The translations under genes were made by a program, and so were the position numbers. A stretch of DNA of 64,000 nucleotides, taken from NCBI GenBank assembly GCA_051362555.1, contig CM120645.1, positions 13,268,001-13,332,000 of the forward strand, read 5' to 3'. This stretch comes from Lingula anatina. Its lineage: Eukaryota; Animalia; Brachiopoda. Of the stretch, positions 34,304 through 47,207 are shown one piece after another (within the stretch, counting starts at the first letter, position 1; every line of letters begins with the position of its first letter). The notes under the pieces were generated by a model. It had not been told where the DNA came from. It was given only the letters and a program-made list of their open reading frames with translations, and ran no database searches.

Positions 34304-36623
34304 TTAATTGTGTGAACTTGATTCAGAGGCACTTTTCGCCCTGAACAACGAAATAGTGCCGTGGAAAACTTTAGATACCAAGGATTTAAACGCTAAACGA
34401 AAGGTGGCGCCACTGACTAAGAATACTATAAGGTTAACAACGCTGTAAAGTTCAAATGTCAGCTTGCCGATTATTTGGAAAGCCATTTCCTCAAGATTTA
34501 TAATTCCATTTTCTGGTAGAAAAAACAGCACCAAACTCGTCACGTAGGGCAAACACAAAAAGAGAAACGATATGGACGAAGTCAAAAGGCACACGGTGCC
34601 AACTAATTCTCGTTTTGCGTTTGAGGAACTTGCAGAAGAGATTTGTTTCCGCTTTTTCGCTTGGATGTTCATTACGGCAGCTATTTTGACATTCATGATT
34701 AACATGAAGAGGAATAAAAGTACATATCCTGACATCCGCACGGCGGCTGACTTGCCCATCTTTTTCATGACATGGGTATAACTTTCAAGTGAAAAGGCAC
34801 ATTTATTTTCCAACATCATCTGTGGAAGATTTGTGGAAAACAGAAGTCCCCCGATAAAGGAAATGATCAAAGCGAGTAAGGCGAACTGAAAAAATGAGAG
34901 AATATTTCTTTCAATCATAGAGATCAGTAGTAACCGTGTTCCAGTTTACTTTTTCTACTAGTAGATGGAATACTGAATTTACACCACTGATTGGCCACTT
35001 TAAATATCAAAATATTGCCAGATATTATTTTGGCAGCCATCTTGGAAAATATGGTCCGGTGATTAAGTGTTTGGCAAGTACGAGTTTGTTCGAAACCAAA
35101 ATTATCACTAGGCCTACTTGTGTTTCGATCAATTTCCACAAGTTTCTGTCACAAAAATGAACAATTATCGTCGATGACCATAACACCTGTATTGAATAGA
35201 AACAACGCAAAAAATACTATGCACTTACCGATTTCATGAGAGTCGAGTGAGAACATCCAAACATTCTCTTTAAAGGAAAACATACGACAAGGAATCTGTC
35301 AAAGGTCATTAGGCAGACCATGAATGCACATGTGTCTTGGGTGAACACTAGCAGGACGGGTATCGGTATACATGACCACCCTGGCAAAGAGTCCGCTATA
35401 GAGATTGTAAAAAGAATAAGTATACTTTCGGCGAATGTCACTAGCAAGTAAAAACAGTTTGTAAGAGCAAGAAAAACCGGTAGCAGGACCGTACTTCGGC
35501 TTTTCTTTGGGTTGCAGAGTAGAACAGCCATAATAATACTATTGGCGAAAAGTCCTAATGGGCCGAAACCGATGGTGAAGTAAGCATAAAGTAGCGTATA
35601 GCGTCCCATCTCATCGAAATCGATGGATGAAAACAATTCGAAACATTGCTGTAGGGAGTTTGTCACTGTTACGGTATGCAACACGCCCTCTGCAGGGTGG
35701 AAAACTGACGGACAAACTTGCAAAGTCAATGAGGTTATGTTAAATCGCATTTCTATGGGATAATCGCTGTCTCTGAACTGGCAAAACGAAGGTGATGGAA
35801 GTGGGGAACCATCTGGAGTCTTCGGTTGAATGCAGATATATTTCGTATCATTGAGTGGGTAATTAAAATGCGTGTTGTTACCCAAGCATTCATCCTTCGA
35901 TACATCGAATATTGGTGTTATTTGAACCGTCTTTGAGTTTAACTCAAGCACTCCACAGTCTCCAACAAACGTGTCCGCTGAGAACCATGTGTTTTCAGAT
36001 TGAAAAACGGTTCCCCTGCTACTGTTGCCCTTTAGCACGCAGTGGAACGTCTGGATAGAGTCCTGAAGAAAGCTTGGATACTCTTCAAGGAAAACAGGAT
36101 GAGCTTTGTTCATGTCCAGAACCCTTAGACAAACTTGAGTATTTTCTCTCATACTTGTGACAAAGTTCTCAGCGACATCCTCTACCGTGTCATTTTCTCC
36201 GGCGGCATTGCTACTCATTTCAATGATGTCGGCAATTATCTTTCTGCCATTTGCTAGAAGTCTGTCCATGGTCTGTCTAAAACTGGCGAAGCTGGAATTC
36301 CGTCCAGCAAATTCCAACTCTGTGCAGAAGCTTTCGTTAAGCCCCATGAGGAATAGGGTCTGATGGAAGGGCGTTTCCAGAAGCAATCTCTGATAGGCCA
36401 GCTTGCAAGTGGGTTCAAAATACTTTCGGACAAATGAAGACTGGTCAGGCATGCCCAAACCGGCTGTCGTTACTACCTGTTCAAATGCTGCTTGGGACAT
36501 GTTCACGTGGCAGCCGACGAGAACTTTCACGTTTCCCACTGGCGATGTGTCAAGTGATCCCATACGTAGTATTTGGAACACAGACAATCGTAAAACACAC
36601 ATAGGTATGTAGTAATACACCAT
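34304..36623 (-). CDS. Orphan class A (rhodopsin-like) GPCR with long Cys-rich N-terminal ectodomain, 2 exons, ~658 aa
   Basis: Exon 1 36623-35229 (Kozak ccaccATGG), phase-0 intron 35228-34886 (gtaagt...ttttttcag), exon 2 34885-34304. This joins the 468-aa and 204-aa ORFs. Motifs: TM1 GLFAN, TM2 LALTN, TM3 TFDRFLVVCFPL, TM6 FLFLCLP, TM7/helix 8 VNLIVFLVSGATFR. Confidence 0.85.
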
Positions 36624-38354
36624 GGTGGAGGGGGTGGCGAATTCACGAAAGGCTATACAACGAAAAACTTGAACTAATGTCGAGAGCTCTCTCTTATTCT
36701 TCGGTATAGATGAACCAATAAACTGAGACTGTTGATATGCTAGGAAGAGCTCTGCTTTTACTCCTTCAAATACCGTTCAGTCCTTCAGGCGCCACGCCTA
36801 TATGCGGTGATTGGCAGAATGGATCTGCTTTAACATCTCAAAATGTCATCAAATCGCTCCAACCCACTGTGTCACGCCAATACAGTGATTGGCACATCGG
36901 CACAAAGGCTTAACGCTCACCGTTCCCGTTCTATGGGGCCGAGTTCTCCAAACTGCCTTTCCGCAAATGCCTTTACCAATCTGTGACCGACAAGTTTTTC
37001 CCCTGATTTGTAATTTGCTCGTAGAATGCTCAATGAAAAAGTTTTTAAAAACTTTTTTTCTGTTTAATAGCAATTCTTCAAGATTTTATAAAACACTATT
37101 ACTTTTTTGTAAAAGAAAACCCATTGAAGCCGCGGGGTATCTAGCGTAACCCAATTTTCAGAATAAAAAAAATTATTTCAAAGGAAGTGTTCGATGGGAA
37201 AACAAAGAAGAAAGACAGAAAGAAAAGCATATTCCTACTGAATGCACATAATGTTTGCCATGATTATTGATAATTTCCATCGGATTAACTTGATCACAGT
37301 TACCTTTAATTTAGATACAAATTTTCCCGGTGTAACCTTTTAATGTTCACATTTTGTAGGAAATAATTAGTTGATTTGCCCTGGGCATGAAAAGCCTAGC
37401 TAATTTTTTTAAACATAAAGACATGCACACAAAAATGATAAAAGACCTCGTGAAACGAATACGTTTAAGTAACTTGTAATGATGATCGGATAACTTGACA
37501 GGATATGCCGAATGAAAGAAATAGGAAATGCAACGTGGTGTCTTTTCTTTCAAATAAGCTACTGAATGACTTTTAGTTTGTGTCTTCTTGTTTCCTTTAA
37601 TAACTATCTCCTTCGATTTCTTGTCAAAAGTAACTGATCATCCGTTTTTTCTCTATCGAAGGAGCTTTGTTTTCTCCATGATTAGTGCCTTTTGATGCTT
37701 CTTACGACTTGCGTTTTGAAAACGAACCCTAAAGGTTTTGCGTCATTATAATATCCCATTTCTCCAAGAAAATTTCACGGAAACTACTAGTACTTCTCAG
37801 ATTCGACCGTCTGTGATTAATAAATGATGCTAAAGGTTTTACCAAATTGAAATTGTTTCAGATTCTTCTAAACGACGCTTTTTAATTCAGATAGGAGCTA
37901 CACTTGAATAAACACGAAATGATCTGTCGGACTTGCCTGCAATTTGTACACCTGGACATACATGTACGCCCAATGACTCCGACGTTTTATTTTATCCGTG
38001 TCTCATGAAAATGTAGAGGAATTTGTAAAGTGAGAAAAGTCTGCAAAATTATATAATAATAATAATGGGGTCTTTCTTAGTAAAGAAAGGACCCACTGAA
38101 AATCGTTCCGTAGTCGATTATGATTTACATTAGCCTCTTTTTTCTCTTTTATTTTTACTTTTAACCTTAAAATTGTAAGATGACACGGGAAAAAGTACTA
38201 GAGGATGTGAAAAGTTCACATTTTCCTGGAAAACGTGATCAAATTTTGTCTGCAAATGAGAGAGGGACTAGTAATGTATCTGCGAAATTTGCATCGTGTT
38301 TACGTATTAAAAAGATCGTCTAGTGGTGCGTGTGATTTTCCATTCATTCTTTCG

Positions 38355-38395
<41 letters not shown>

Positions 38396-38704
38396 TTTTT
38401 CTTTTCTATTAATTCATGCTTTTATTCATTTTTTAATTAAGGAAAGGACATATCCCTATTTGAATTGATGAAATGTTGTAAAATACACTCGGCGATATGT
38501 CATACTTAGTTTTAATAATTTCAAATATTCCTAACTCAAATTGAATCTCAGTTATTATTTAGTTCATTGGTGGTTCATTAAACCTAATTATTCTCATAGT
38601 TTTTTCAATTCGTGAATCGTCGTGTTGCCGCAAAAACGAGAACTTGTTAGAAACAGACATACGTTTACAAGCAAGGGCCTGATAAAGCTACAAATTGATG
38701 TAAA

Positions 38705-38718
38705 GCGCCCTCTGCCGG
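38705..38718 (-). promoter_or_regulatory. CTCF-like motif upstream of the death-domain gene
   Basis: Reverse strand ccggcagagggcgc closely matches the CTCF core consensus; motif match only. Confidence 0.35.
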
Positions 38719-39083
38719 GTTCACAGAGGGTCGGCGCTGACAACCAAAGCAATCAATGCGTTCAAAGGTTTGAATAAGTCTCTTTTATCAGCGATTAAAG
38801 AAGAGCGATCCTAAGCCGTATAGCTTACACAAACTGCCCTTGTTTGACGGGCAAACAGGTTTTGTAAAGGGCCTTTAACTAAAGGTGGTTTCTATACACT
38901 GGGCTGGGCTTGTTGTCAGGTAGCGACCCCATTTGGTTGAGCACGAGCCGTTTTTGTGTTTTGGTAATTATTGTGTTTTTACGGTCGGTTTGATCGCTGG
39001 TGTGTACAAATATCAAGTTTTAGCCACGGAAGGAATCTGAGGCTGTTGCCACGCGATAATTGCAGTGGGATATTGTATCCACC

Positions 39084-42000
39084 ATGGCTGCCGATGGTAA
39101 GTTTTTAAGCTCTCTTTGATGTTAGCAACTGCACTTTGATTAATGGGGCTTATTATCACGGGTTCTGTATGCCAACCAAGTCTACCCAAGCCCCTCTTTT
39201 TTCGGACAGTCAACTACTGTACAGCTGTGTAAATCTCGAATCCAATGTAACAATAAATGGGTCCCCTGACAAGGTTTTGCATGCAGGTTTGCACAACCGT
39301 TTAAAAGTCTGCTACTATATATAAGTTGGCAAACTTGATCTGTCTTGCACAAGTGACATTTACATTTGGTGCTCTTTTCATATCTTTATTTGTTTTAACA
39401 TGAAACATCAGTCTGATCAGTGGGTCTGTGCATCCATGGAGTACGTGCACCAGATTGCCGCTCGTGCATCGGTTTTTGATCCTAGTTTTCTGTTCTTTAC
39501 GAGATAACAGACGATAATCTTTGCAGAATGGTTTCATTCAGTCTATTTCCTATCATGGTCAAGTAAGAATAGAACATGTACAAGAGCACCATTCTGTGCA
39601 CCTAAAGATGGGGTGCTGTGACCTGTTTCTCGCGCGTTCTCAAAATTTGCTGATGTCTTTCTACTGCCTTTCCGTGTAGACACAAGAAGTTACTACATGT
39701 GTATCAAATGATAAAGGATGCTTAGTGTAGTTTTACTTTGAATTAAATACGCATATTATACCTATAACGCCAGAGATTTTGTCCAAATTCATCAATACTT
39801 GATTACTGACAAGAGATATCGGCTGAGATATGGGTTTGATGCATCCTTTTCAAGTGGTCAAATGATCAAGAAATGTTTCTGTAATTCTGTTAGAAAGTAT
39901 ATAAAACTGCAAATAGTAATTAACCAGTTTTAGACAAGTATGGAGGCAAGCGTTAACTGTTGATAGCATCCGTTTTTAGTCTTAAAACGCAGGCAAGATA
40001 CATTATACGGTTACCGAACAAATATCGCAGCCTTTAAATCACAGTGCAAGCGACATATGAGCATTTTCGCGACCCACTTTTTACTGAAAATAATGCCAAA
40101 GCAAACATGGAAAGCTAATACTGTTGAGTGCCATTGACTCCGAGTCAGAAAAGAGTTATTAACCGGTAACTAAGCTCGGGATCCCAGGCAGCAGAACGCC
40201 TGAATTAATACGTCTGCTCGTGCTGAGGTGTTCACGTTAAGCTCTGGTGAAGCAGAGCTGAGACGCCTTTTATGACGTTGGCCTTAGCGTTGTTGTGATA
40301 AAAAAAAAACATAAAAAATCAGGAGGTTTAGCTTCGGTGTTTTTCCTTGATTATTACCGTCATTTTTAACTGGGTGGGGTATCGCAATCATTGAACAAAA
40401 CCCAATATATGTAAGCATCGAACGAACGAACTGTAAGTAGTGTAAATAAGCCGGTTTTCGATAAGTGGCGTCTGTGCCTTTTTATGCCCATGCTTTTAGC
40501 GCAGCGAGGCAAACACTTCGCGTAGTTACAGTACACGGTCTTTTCCGGCACATTATGCGACTTATAATGAAGAATAAAGTAAATGTCAGTGTGTCAGAGA
40601 ACCCGCGGTCTGTTCTATCTATCAGAACAGTGCTTGTGATGGAGCTTATGTATCGATCTGTAGCTTCAGGCACACGTTTAATTAAAATAAATTATATCAA
40701 GAGTATTAGATCGAAAGTGTCTTATTGTACAAAGGCCTTTGGCATCGTTTTTGGGTGTTTTTTCTTCTTTTTTTCATTTTATTTTTCGATTTTTCGTTGG
40801 CATTCAAATTTGCGCACTGGTCGAGCATGGAAAACTCCACTGCGACCCAGACCAGCTGCTTGTTTCACAAAAAATCTATTTTTAAAACCTTACATTAGAC
40901 TACACGGCTAAAAAAATTAATTCGTCAAAGAGTGTTTACGGATAATTATAATTGGCCTGTTTTAGCCCTCTTTCAGTGGAATACTTCGATACCATGGATT
41001 TACACTCACTGGACAATAGAAGTGTCACCCCTACTGAACCAATACTTAGGGGGAGATAAATGACTGTGGAATGATATGCTCCTGGTATCATTTTATTAAC
41101 ATCAAATTTCACAAAAGAAACGGTTCTGACTGAACAATTCAACTGTATCGATTTTCTGACATTGCTTATATTCCGCCTCTCAGGTTAATACTTGATTACT
41201 CTGATTCATCGTCTATTTCCAGTGTGTGTAGTTCTATTAAAAATTCTTAAAATTGATTAATATTAGGCACTGATACATGTATACTTCAACATAGAATCTT
41301 TTCAGAAAATAATTGATATATTCCACATAAAAAGAAAATTGAAAAATCTATTTCTCCCTCTCCCCTTTTTTTCAGGGAAACCCCCGAAGCCCGAAGCCAG
41401 CGTGTTAACCCAGCTGAGTCTGTCTAACCTCGCCCGGCACGTGGATGACGGAATGTGGTTAGGGATGTACCTTAATATCCCAACTGGAACCATCGTCAAT
41501 TTCAAGAACGATTACAACAGACTAGGGTGGGTACCGTGTTTTTTTTTTTTTTTTTTTTTAATTTTTTTTAATTATTATTTTTTTTTAATTTTTAATTTTT
41601 TTTACTTAGGGTGCATTCAGACACAGATTAAAACCTATCCGGGTTCAGTTCTGGATGACGTCACGAATAGACTATATTATACGTACCAGAGAAGGATGAA
41701 GCACTGGGCTTCAAACTGTAAATCTGGAACTTTATTAGTGAATACACATGTAAACTTGCTACCTTCATAACTGATCGTGTTATAACCATGTCCTGCTCGC
41801 GACGGCAGGGAAATATGCATGTTTAATTTCAGCTGTGAATGGACGACAAGTAATTGTTTTCATGCCAATAATGATGTCATCTTTGAAATCTCTCCGTCAT
41901 GTTTTTGGTCTTCTTTTATCAGTGCACTTTATTATTATCATTATTATTATTATTATTATTAACATTTTGTCATTTTTCACATTTGGCTTCTGATAATGGC

Positions 42001-42205
42001 CTTTTCTCATTCAAGGTGGACAGACGCCGAGTTGGCCGAGCACATTTTGTTGTACTGGAAGTCCATGCGTGTCGCAGCGAGGGACAAAGACAAGGTGGCG
42101 GAACTGGAGAGGGCAATACGGGATATTGAGAAAATCGAAATTGCTGACACTCTAGGGGACAGATTCAGAAATAACCAGGAGCTCACCACGGACTGTTTTA
42201 ATTGA
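39084..42205 (+). CDS. Small stand-alone death-domain-like protein, 117 aa, 3 coding exons
   Basis: Exons 39084-39096 (ccaccATGG...G|gtaag), 41376-41526, 42016-42205 are phase-consistent. Product MAADGKPPKPEASVLTQLSLSNLARHVDDGMWLGMYLNIPTGTIVNFKNDYNRLGWTDAELAEHILLYWKSMRVAARDKDKVAELERAIRDIEKIEIADTLGDRFRNNQELTTDCFN has a death-fold pattern (LA..., LG..L.I, ..LL.W, L..A+..I...+IA..L). Confidence 0.75.
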
Positions 42206-43318
42206 GGAAATTGTTACACTTGAATGGGCTGATGTATCCCGGAAAACCATGCATGGTCTCCATCTATTCAATAGTTTACTTTAGGTATATGCAACAATTG
42301 GATTGTTTATAGATGCAGAAGAAACAGTATTGCAGACAAGCACGGCAGTGAAACCGTGTGAATTCTTAACCCTTTGTAGTATACACTACATTCTGTCTCT
42401 TGATCGATCCAGTAAATGTGTATGATAGAGTATTTTAAAGGATACAGCCTAACTGTCTGACAAAGGCCAGCTGAGAAGCCAAAATATGTGTATTTTGTGC
42501 CAAACTTCTCGCTGGACACAATAGAAACGTGCACAGAATTATCCAGAGAAATGTGTGTGAAAATCAGTTTGTGGCCCGGAAAGTGGATACCAGCCGCTGA
42601 TGTCTGCCGTAAATGTGATCTCCCTGTGTATGTGACATGGACTTGTATTTATTTAAAAATGTATTTTTTCTTTGAAAACAGATTGATTGACTCCTGCAGA
42701 TTTTGGGTACACCTATATCTACAGTTGTAAATATTGCGGAAGAACATATAGGGCACGGAAATACATGCTTCAATTCATTAGAAATTAAACTGTATAATTA
42801 AATTATGTTTCACTACAAGGTATTGTCAGTGGCACGTGAACCTGTTGATACTGGAACTTTCAAATATATTTTGTAACTTCTGTGTATAACGCTCAACACA
42901 AAATAAAATCTAAAGAATCAATGCCAAAATTAGAAAAAGAATATAACCTGAAAAACACAGAAAGCGCAGATGCCCGTCAAGCCATCTCCAGTTTAACGGA
43001 AAGCCTATGAATCATCACCAAAATCGCTTCAAAGTTGGCCCGTTTCTGACCTGTCCAGAATCTCCATTCAAAATCCATCACTTGCTTGAGTTAGGTTAGG
43101 CTGTCCACGCAAATCCGTGTCCCGTTGTTTGACGTTTTGACTTGTCCTAACTTGTAATTATGTTACGGTGGGGTGGGGATAGGTGGGGATAAGGGACGAG
43201 GTGGGGATAAGGAATGAGGTAGGAATACGGTACGATGAGGTGGGGATACGGGATGGTTTCTGCCTTTCGCAAGCTTGCCTCAAAGTGTTTGGAACATTCA
43301 TATTTTATCCTCTCACAC

Positions 43319-43319
<1 letters not shown>

Positions 43320-43384
<65 letters not shown>

Positions 43385-43399
43385 TAATGAATGAATGAA

Positions 43400-43450
<51 letters not shown>

Positions 43451-43452
43451 AA
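43320..43452. repeat. Compound microsatellite (AAT)n(GAAT)n(AAAT)n
   Basis: Directly visible. Confidence 0.95.
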
Positions 43453-44125
43453 ACAAATCAATAAAAAGCCGTGTCCAGCACAGGGGTCCGTTTAAGTGAG
43501 TATATTACGTAATAATCTTGTCATTCAGTTGCCATTCTCTGGCGACGAATATACTGCACGGTGTGTAAAGTGAACAACAAAACAACAAAGGTAACAACAT
43601 AACTTTACCAGCAGTAATGGTGTGTTGCTTTTATCTTTGTTTTAAATCGATTATTTCACCAACGTATGTGGACCCTAGAAATTGAGCTTCCGTCAAGTAG
43701 GCTAATGTTAAGCCTACTTTTAAATAAGTAAAAGATCGGCATTTAAGATGGCTTCTTTAGAGCCGCTCTAAAGGCACGCCTCGAAAAAAGTTCCTCAACT
43801 TCTCTCTTGCTCTCTTGTTGTATTGTTACTTGCAAAAACAAAAATCTGGTCTGTTCGTATTGTATTGTATTGTATTTTTCCTCTCTGTGCTTAACTTGCT
43901 AGACTTAATCACTATGACAGTGGTGCATCTGATACAATACAATTAATCCATCTATATTTCATAACCGTAAACTCATTTTGCCAGCGTGAGAAGCATTTTA
44001 ATTTGTTAAAACATTTCCCCTTTGCATAAAGGTCTAGTAGTAGGCCTACTCTGCGTAAAAAGGGAATTTTTCATTTCTGTGTAATTTATTTACACTTTCT
44101 GGTGACAAAAAGCATAAAAAGAGTT

Positions 44126-45960
44126 AATAGTCTTAAGAAGGAATATTAATAAAACGCTTAAAAATCTATTTCCCTCCATCGCGATCATTGTGCGCAGTTG
44201 CGACTTTATGCGCATGCGCCAGATTAAAATCTTAAAACAACTTTATTTGCAAATAACATTTTAAGAAAACTAATAACAAAATAAGTGCTATCTAAATTTT
44301 ATATTAATAGTGAGCAACAGTGTTAGAGTCTATTTTTATATAAAATGTAGGCAGTTAAATTTATAAAGCTTTGCAAATGCAAAATTAATCACGACGAAGG
44401 TCTTTCGCTCGTAAAATAACACGGCTGATATATAATAACTGGCGGAAGAATAGTCTGCGTTTATTTCCATTTTTGAAAAATTTTTAGGACCCCCCTTGGC
44501 CCATGAGGGGGTAAAACAAAAATAAAGTAATTTACGGACCAAGCTACACACAAGACAAATCGAAGTCAGGCGATGCATGCAACTTTGCCAACGCGAACAC
44601 TGCTCTGCTTTCCTCTTCGGTCCAGGTTGATGATGACCAACCGGCTTTTTCTTACGTTATGAGTTTGCCCTTTCGCTCTAAAAATACTTAAGTTGTATAA
44701 ACGTGCTGGCAGAATCACAATTTATTTCTATTTTTGCCCAATTTTTAGCAACCCTTATTCATAATAATTAAAAATAAAAAATTAAAAGAATAAAAAATGA
44801 ATAAAATAAAATAAAATCCAAATAGTCAATAGTCTTTAGAAGGAATATTATAAAACGCATAAAAATCTATTTCCCTGCATCGCGATCGTTGTGCGCAGTT
44901 GCGACTTTATGCGCATGCGCCAGATTAAAATCTTAAAACAACTTTATTTGCAAATAACATTTTAAGAAAACTAATTACAAAATTAAAGCTATCTAAATTT
45001 TGAATTAATATTGAGCAACAGTGTTAGAGTTTATTCTTATACAGAATATAGACAGTAAAATTTATAAAGTTTTGCAAATGCAAAATTAATCACAACGAAG
45101 GCCTTTCGCTCATAAAATAACACGGCTGATATATAAATACTCGCGGATACATGGGCTTCGTTTATTTCCATTTTTGACCAATTTTTAGACCCCCTCTTGG
45201 CCCATGAGGGGGTAAAAAAAAAAAAAGAAAGAAAAGTAGTCCACGGACCAAGCTACACGCAAGACAAATCGAAGTCAGGCGATGTTTGCAACTTTACCAA
45301 CGCGAACACTGCTCTGCTTTGCTCTTCGGTCCAGGTTGATGATGACCAACCGGCTTTTTCTTCCGTTATGAGTTAGCCCTTTCGCCCTTAAAATACTTAA
45401 GCTGATATATAGGTACTGGCAGAATCACAATATTAATTTATTTGTATTTTTGACCAATTTTTAGCAACTCTTATTCATAATAATTAAAAATAAAAAATTT
45501 TAAAGAATAAAAAATAATTAAAATAAAATAAAATTCAAATAATCAATAGTCTTTTGAATCAATATTGTTAACAAGATTAAAAAATCAATGAACATTGTTT
45601 CTATTTCTGAACATTGTTAAAAAAAATTGCCTGTGTGCACGCGCCATATTAAAATATTGTACATTTATTTGCAAATACCATTTTTAGATAATTTATTACA
45701 AAATTATTGCTTTCTAAATTTTTCATCAATATAGGCCAACAGTGTAGGGGTTGAATCTAAAACTTGATTTAAACAAATTAATTTATAAACCTTTGCAAAT
45801 GCAAAATTAATCATAAGTTATGTCTTGCGCTCGTAAAATAATACGGCTGATGTATAACACTGGCGGAACACAAATCATCATTTATTTCCATTTTTGACCA
45901 ATTTTTAGACCCCCTTTGCCTCCATTAGGGGGTAAAATGTAAATGAAGTAGTACACGGAT
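44126..45960. repeat. Degenerate ~700-bp tandem repeat (2 close copies plus 1 diverged; remnants near 46970-47300 and 47800-48020)
   Basis: aatagtctt...gaaggaatatta recurs at 44126, 44828, 45545; shared motif tttgcaaatgcaaaattaatca...cgtaaaataacacggctgat in all copies. Confidence 0.85.
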
Positions 45961-46682
45961 CATGTACCCGGATAGTTAGAGCACTAAAGTTAGCTTTCTC
46001 ACTATATATCTGCACATGTCTGAGATACATAGGCATTGCTGATGTGGTTTATACATGAAATCAAGATCGAGCTAGCAATACCGAAATCTAGACGCAAGAG
46101 TAGGATCATGCAATACCTAACTAAGGCTTGTCAAAGTAAAGCGATGTCTTCTTCCTTGCTAACGCAGACATTACTTTCACAGTATCACAGTTAGCGAGTC
46201 TCTAAATAATCAGGTCATTCAGTCGCCATCTCTCAAGGTGATAGAAGGTTACAAACCAGTATTAAAAATCCCATTCACTTCCATTGTAACGTTTAATTCT
46301 CTGAAAAATACTTTCCATGCTTCAACAAACACAACACTTCAGGTTTAAATACTTCTACTCAAGACCTAAACAATATAAAAAAATCGGGGTACATTAATGG
46401 GATAGCCTGCCAGTGACATGACATGGCCCGTAAGGTGCTGCCGCCAGTCGGCCAAAATAAGCACTAAAATGCAGCAGGGGGAGGGCATGTAAAACTGGCA
46501 CCAGGCAGTAAAATTTCACCCTGATATGAAAAATAACACATCAAATTAAAGGTAAATGAACAAATTTATTTCAAAATTTTCAAATGATCCAAAATTGAAA
46601 AATTAACTCATTTTTCTCTTATATGCAAATTTTCTTGCTTCAAACTTAGTAAACAAGGAAGGCCGGGAGTGCCGTATAACCT

Positions 46683-46788
46683 GAACGCTCGACGCCGAGC
46701 TGTATGTGAAATATTGCGAGTGTATTGCCTCGCCTGCGGCTCGACAACACTCGAGTAAATTTCCCGTACAGCACAGCGTCGAGTGTTT
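46683..46788. repeat. Imperfect inverted repeat (~45-bp arms), probable palindromic DNA-transposon remnant
   Basis: gaacgctcgacgccgagctgtatgtgaaatattgcgagtgt pairs with acactcgagtaaatttcccgtacagcacagcgtcgagtgttt around the loop cctcgcctgcggctcg. Confidence 0.6.
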
Positions 46789-47050
46789 TATCTGGCTTAA
46801 ACCACGGCCTCAAATTGGCTACTGCACCAGTGAGTAACGGGAGCAACAGACCGTGGAACGCACTCGTTCTTACTCTCCATATGATAAAATTTACCTTTAT
46901 TTGCGAATAATGTTTTCGGGTGTATATTACAAATTTTGTGCTATCTGAATTATACATTAATAAAGAACAACAGTATAAAGGTTGAATCTTGTACGTAGTA
47001 TTATCAAATTAATTTACAAAGCTTTACAAATACAAAATTAATCATGAGTA

Positions 47051-47207
47051 CAGGGCCGTAGCCTGAGCAAAATGCCAGGGGGCGCAGTAAGCGAACACGA
47101 GGGGGCGAAGCCCCCGAGGGGAGGGGGTGTCCCCCTACCAGTGTGGAAAATTCTAAATCCCAGGGGGGGCAGCTGCCCCCCCTGCCCCCCCGGAGGCTAC
47201 GGCCCTG
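47051..47207. mobile_element. MITE, TIR cagggccgtagcc, 5-bp TSD GAGTA (inverted copy of 33970-34136)
   Basis: TIRs and GAGTA on both flanks; inserted into a remnant of the 700-bp repeat. Confidence 0.85.

Noticed and set aside
34886-35228. GPCR as a pseudogene with premature stop, or a 42-nt intron ending at caatacag
   Set aside because: A canonical 343-nt phase-0 intron restores a full 7TM frame; the 42-nt alternative runs into a stop at ~35025.
40465-40911. 148-aa ORF in intron of the death-domain gene
   Set aside because: Non-ATG start, low-complexity poly-Phe from a T-run, no recognisable motif.
44620-45410. Possible C/D-box snoRNA (TGATGA in the 700-bp repeat)
   Set aside because: No box D (CTGA) conserved between copies and no terminal stem.
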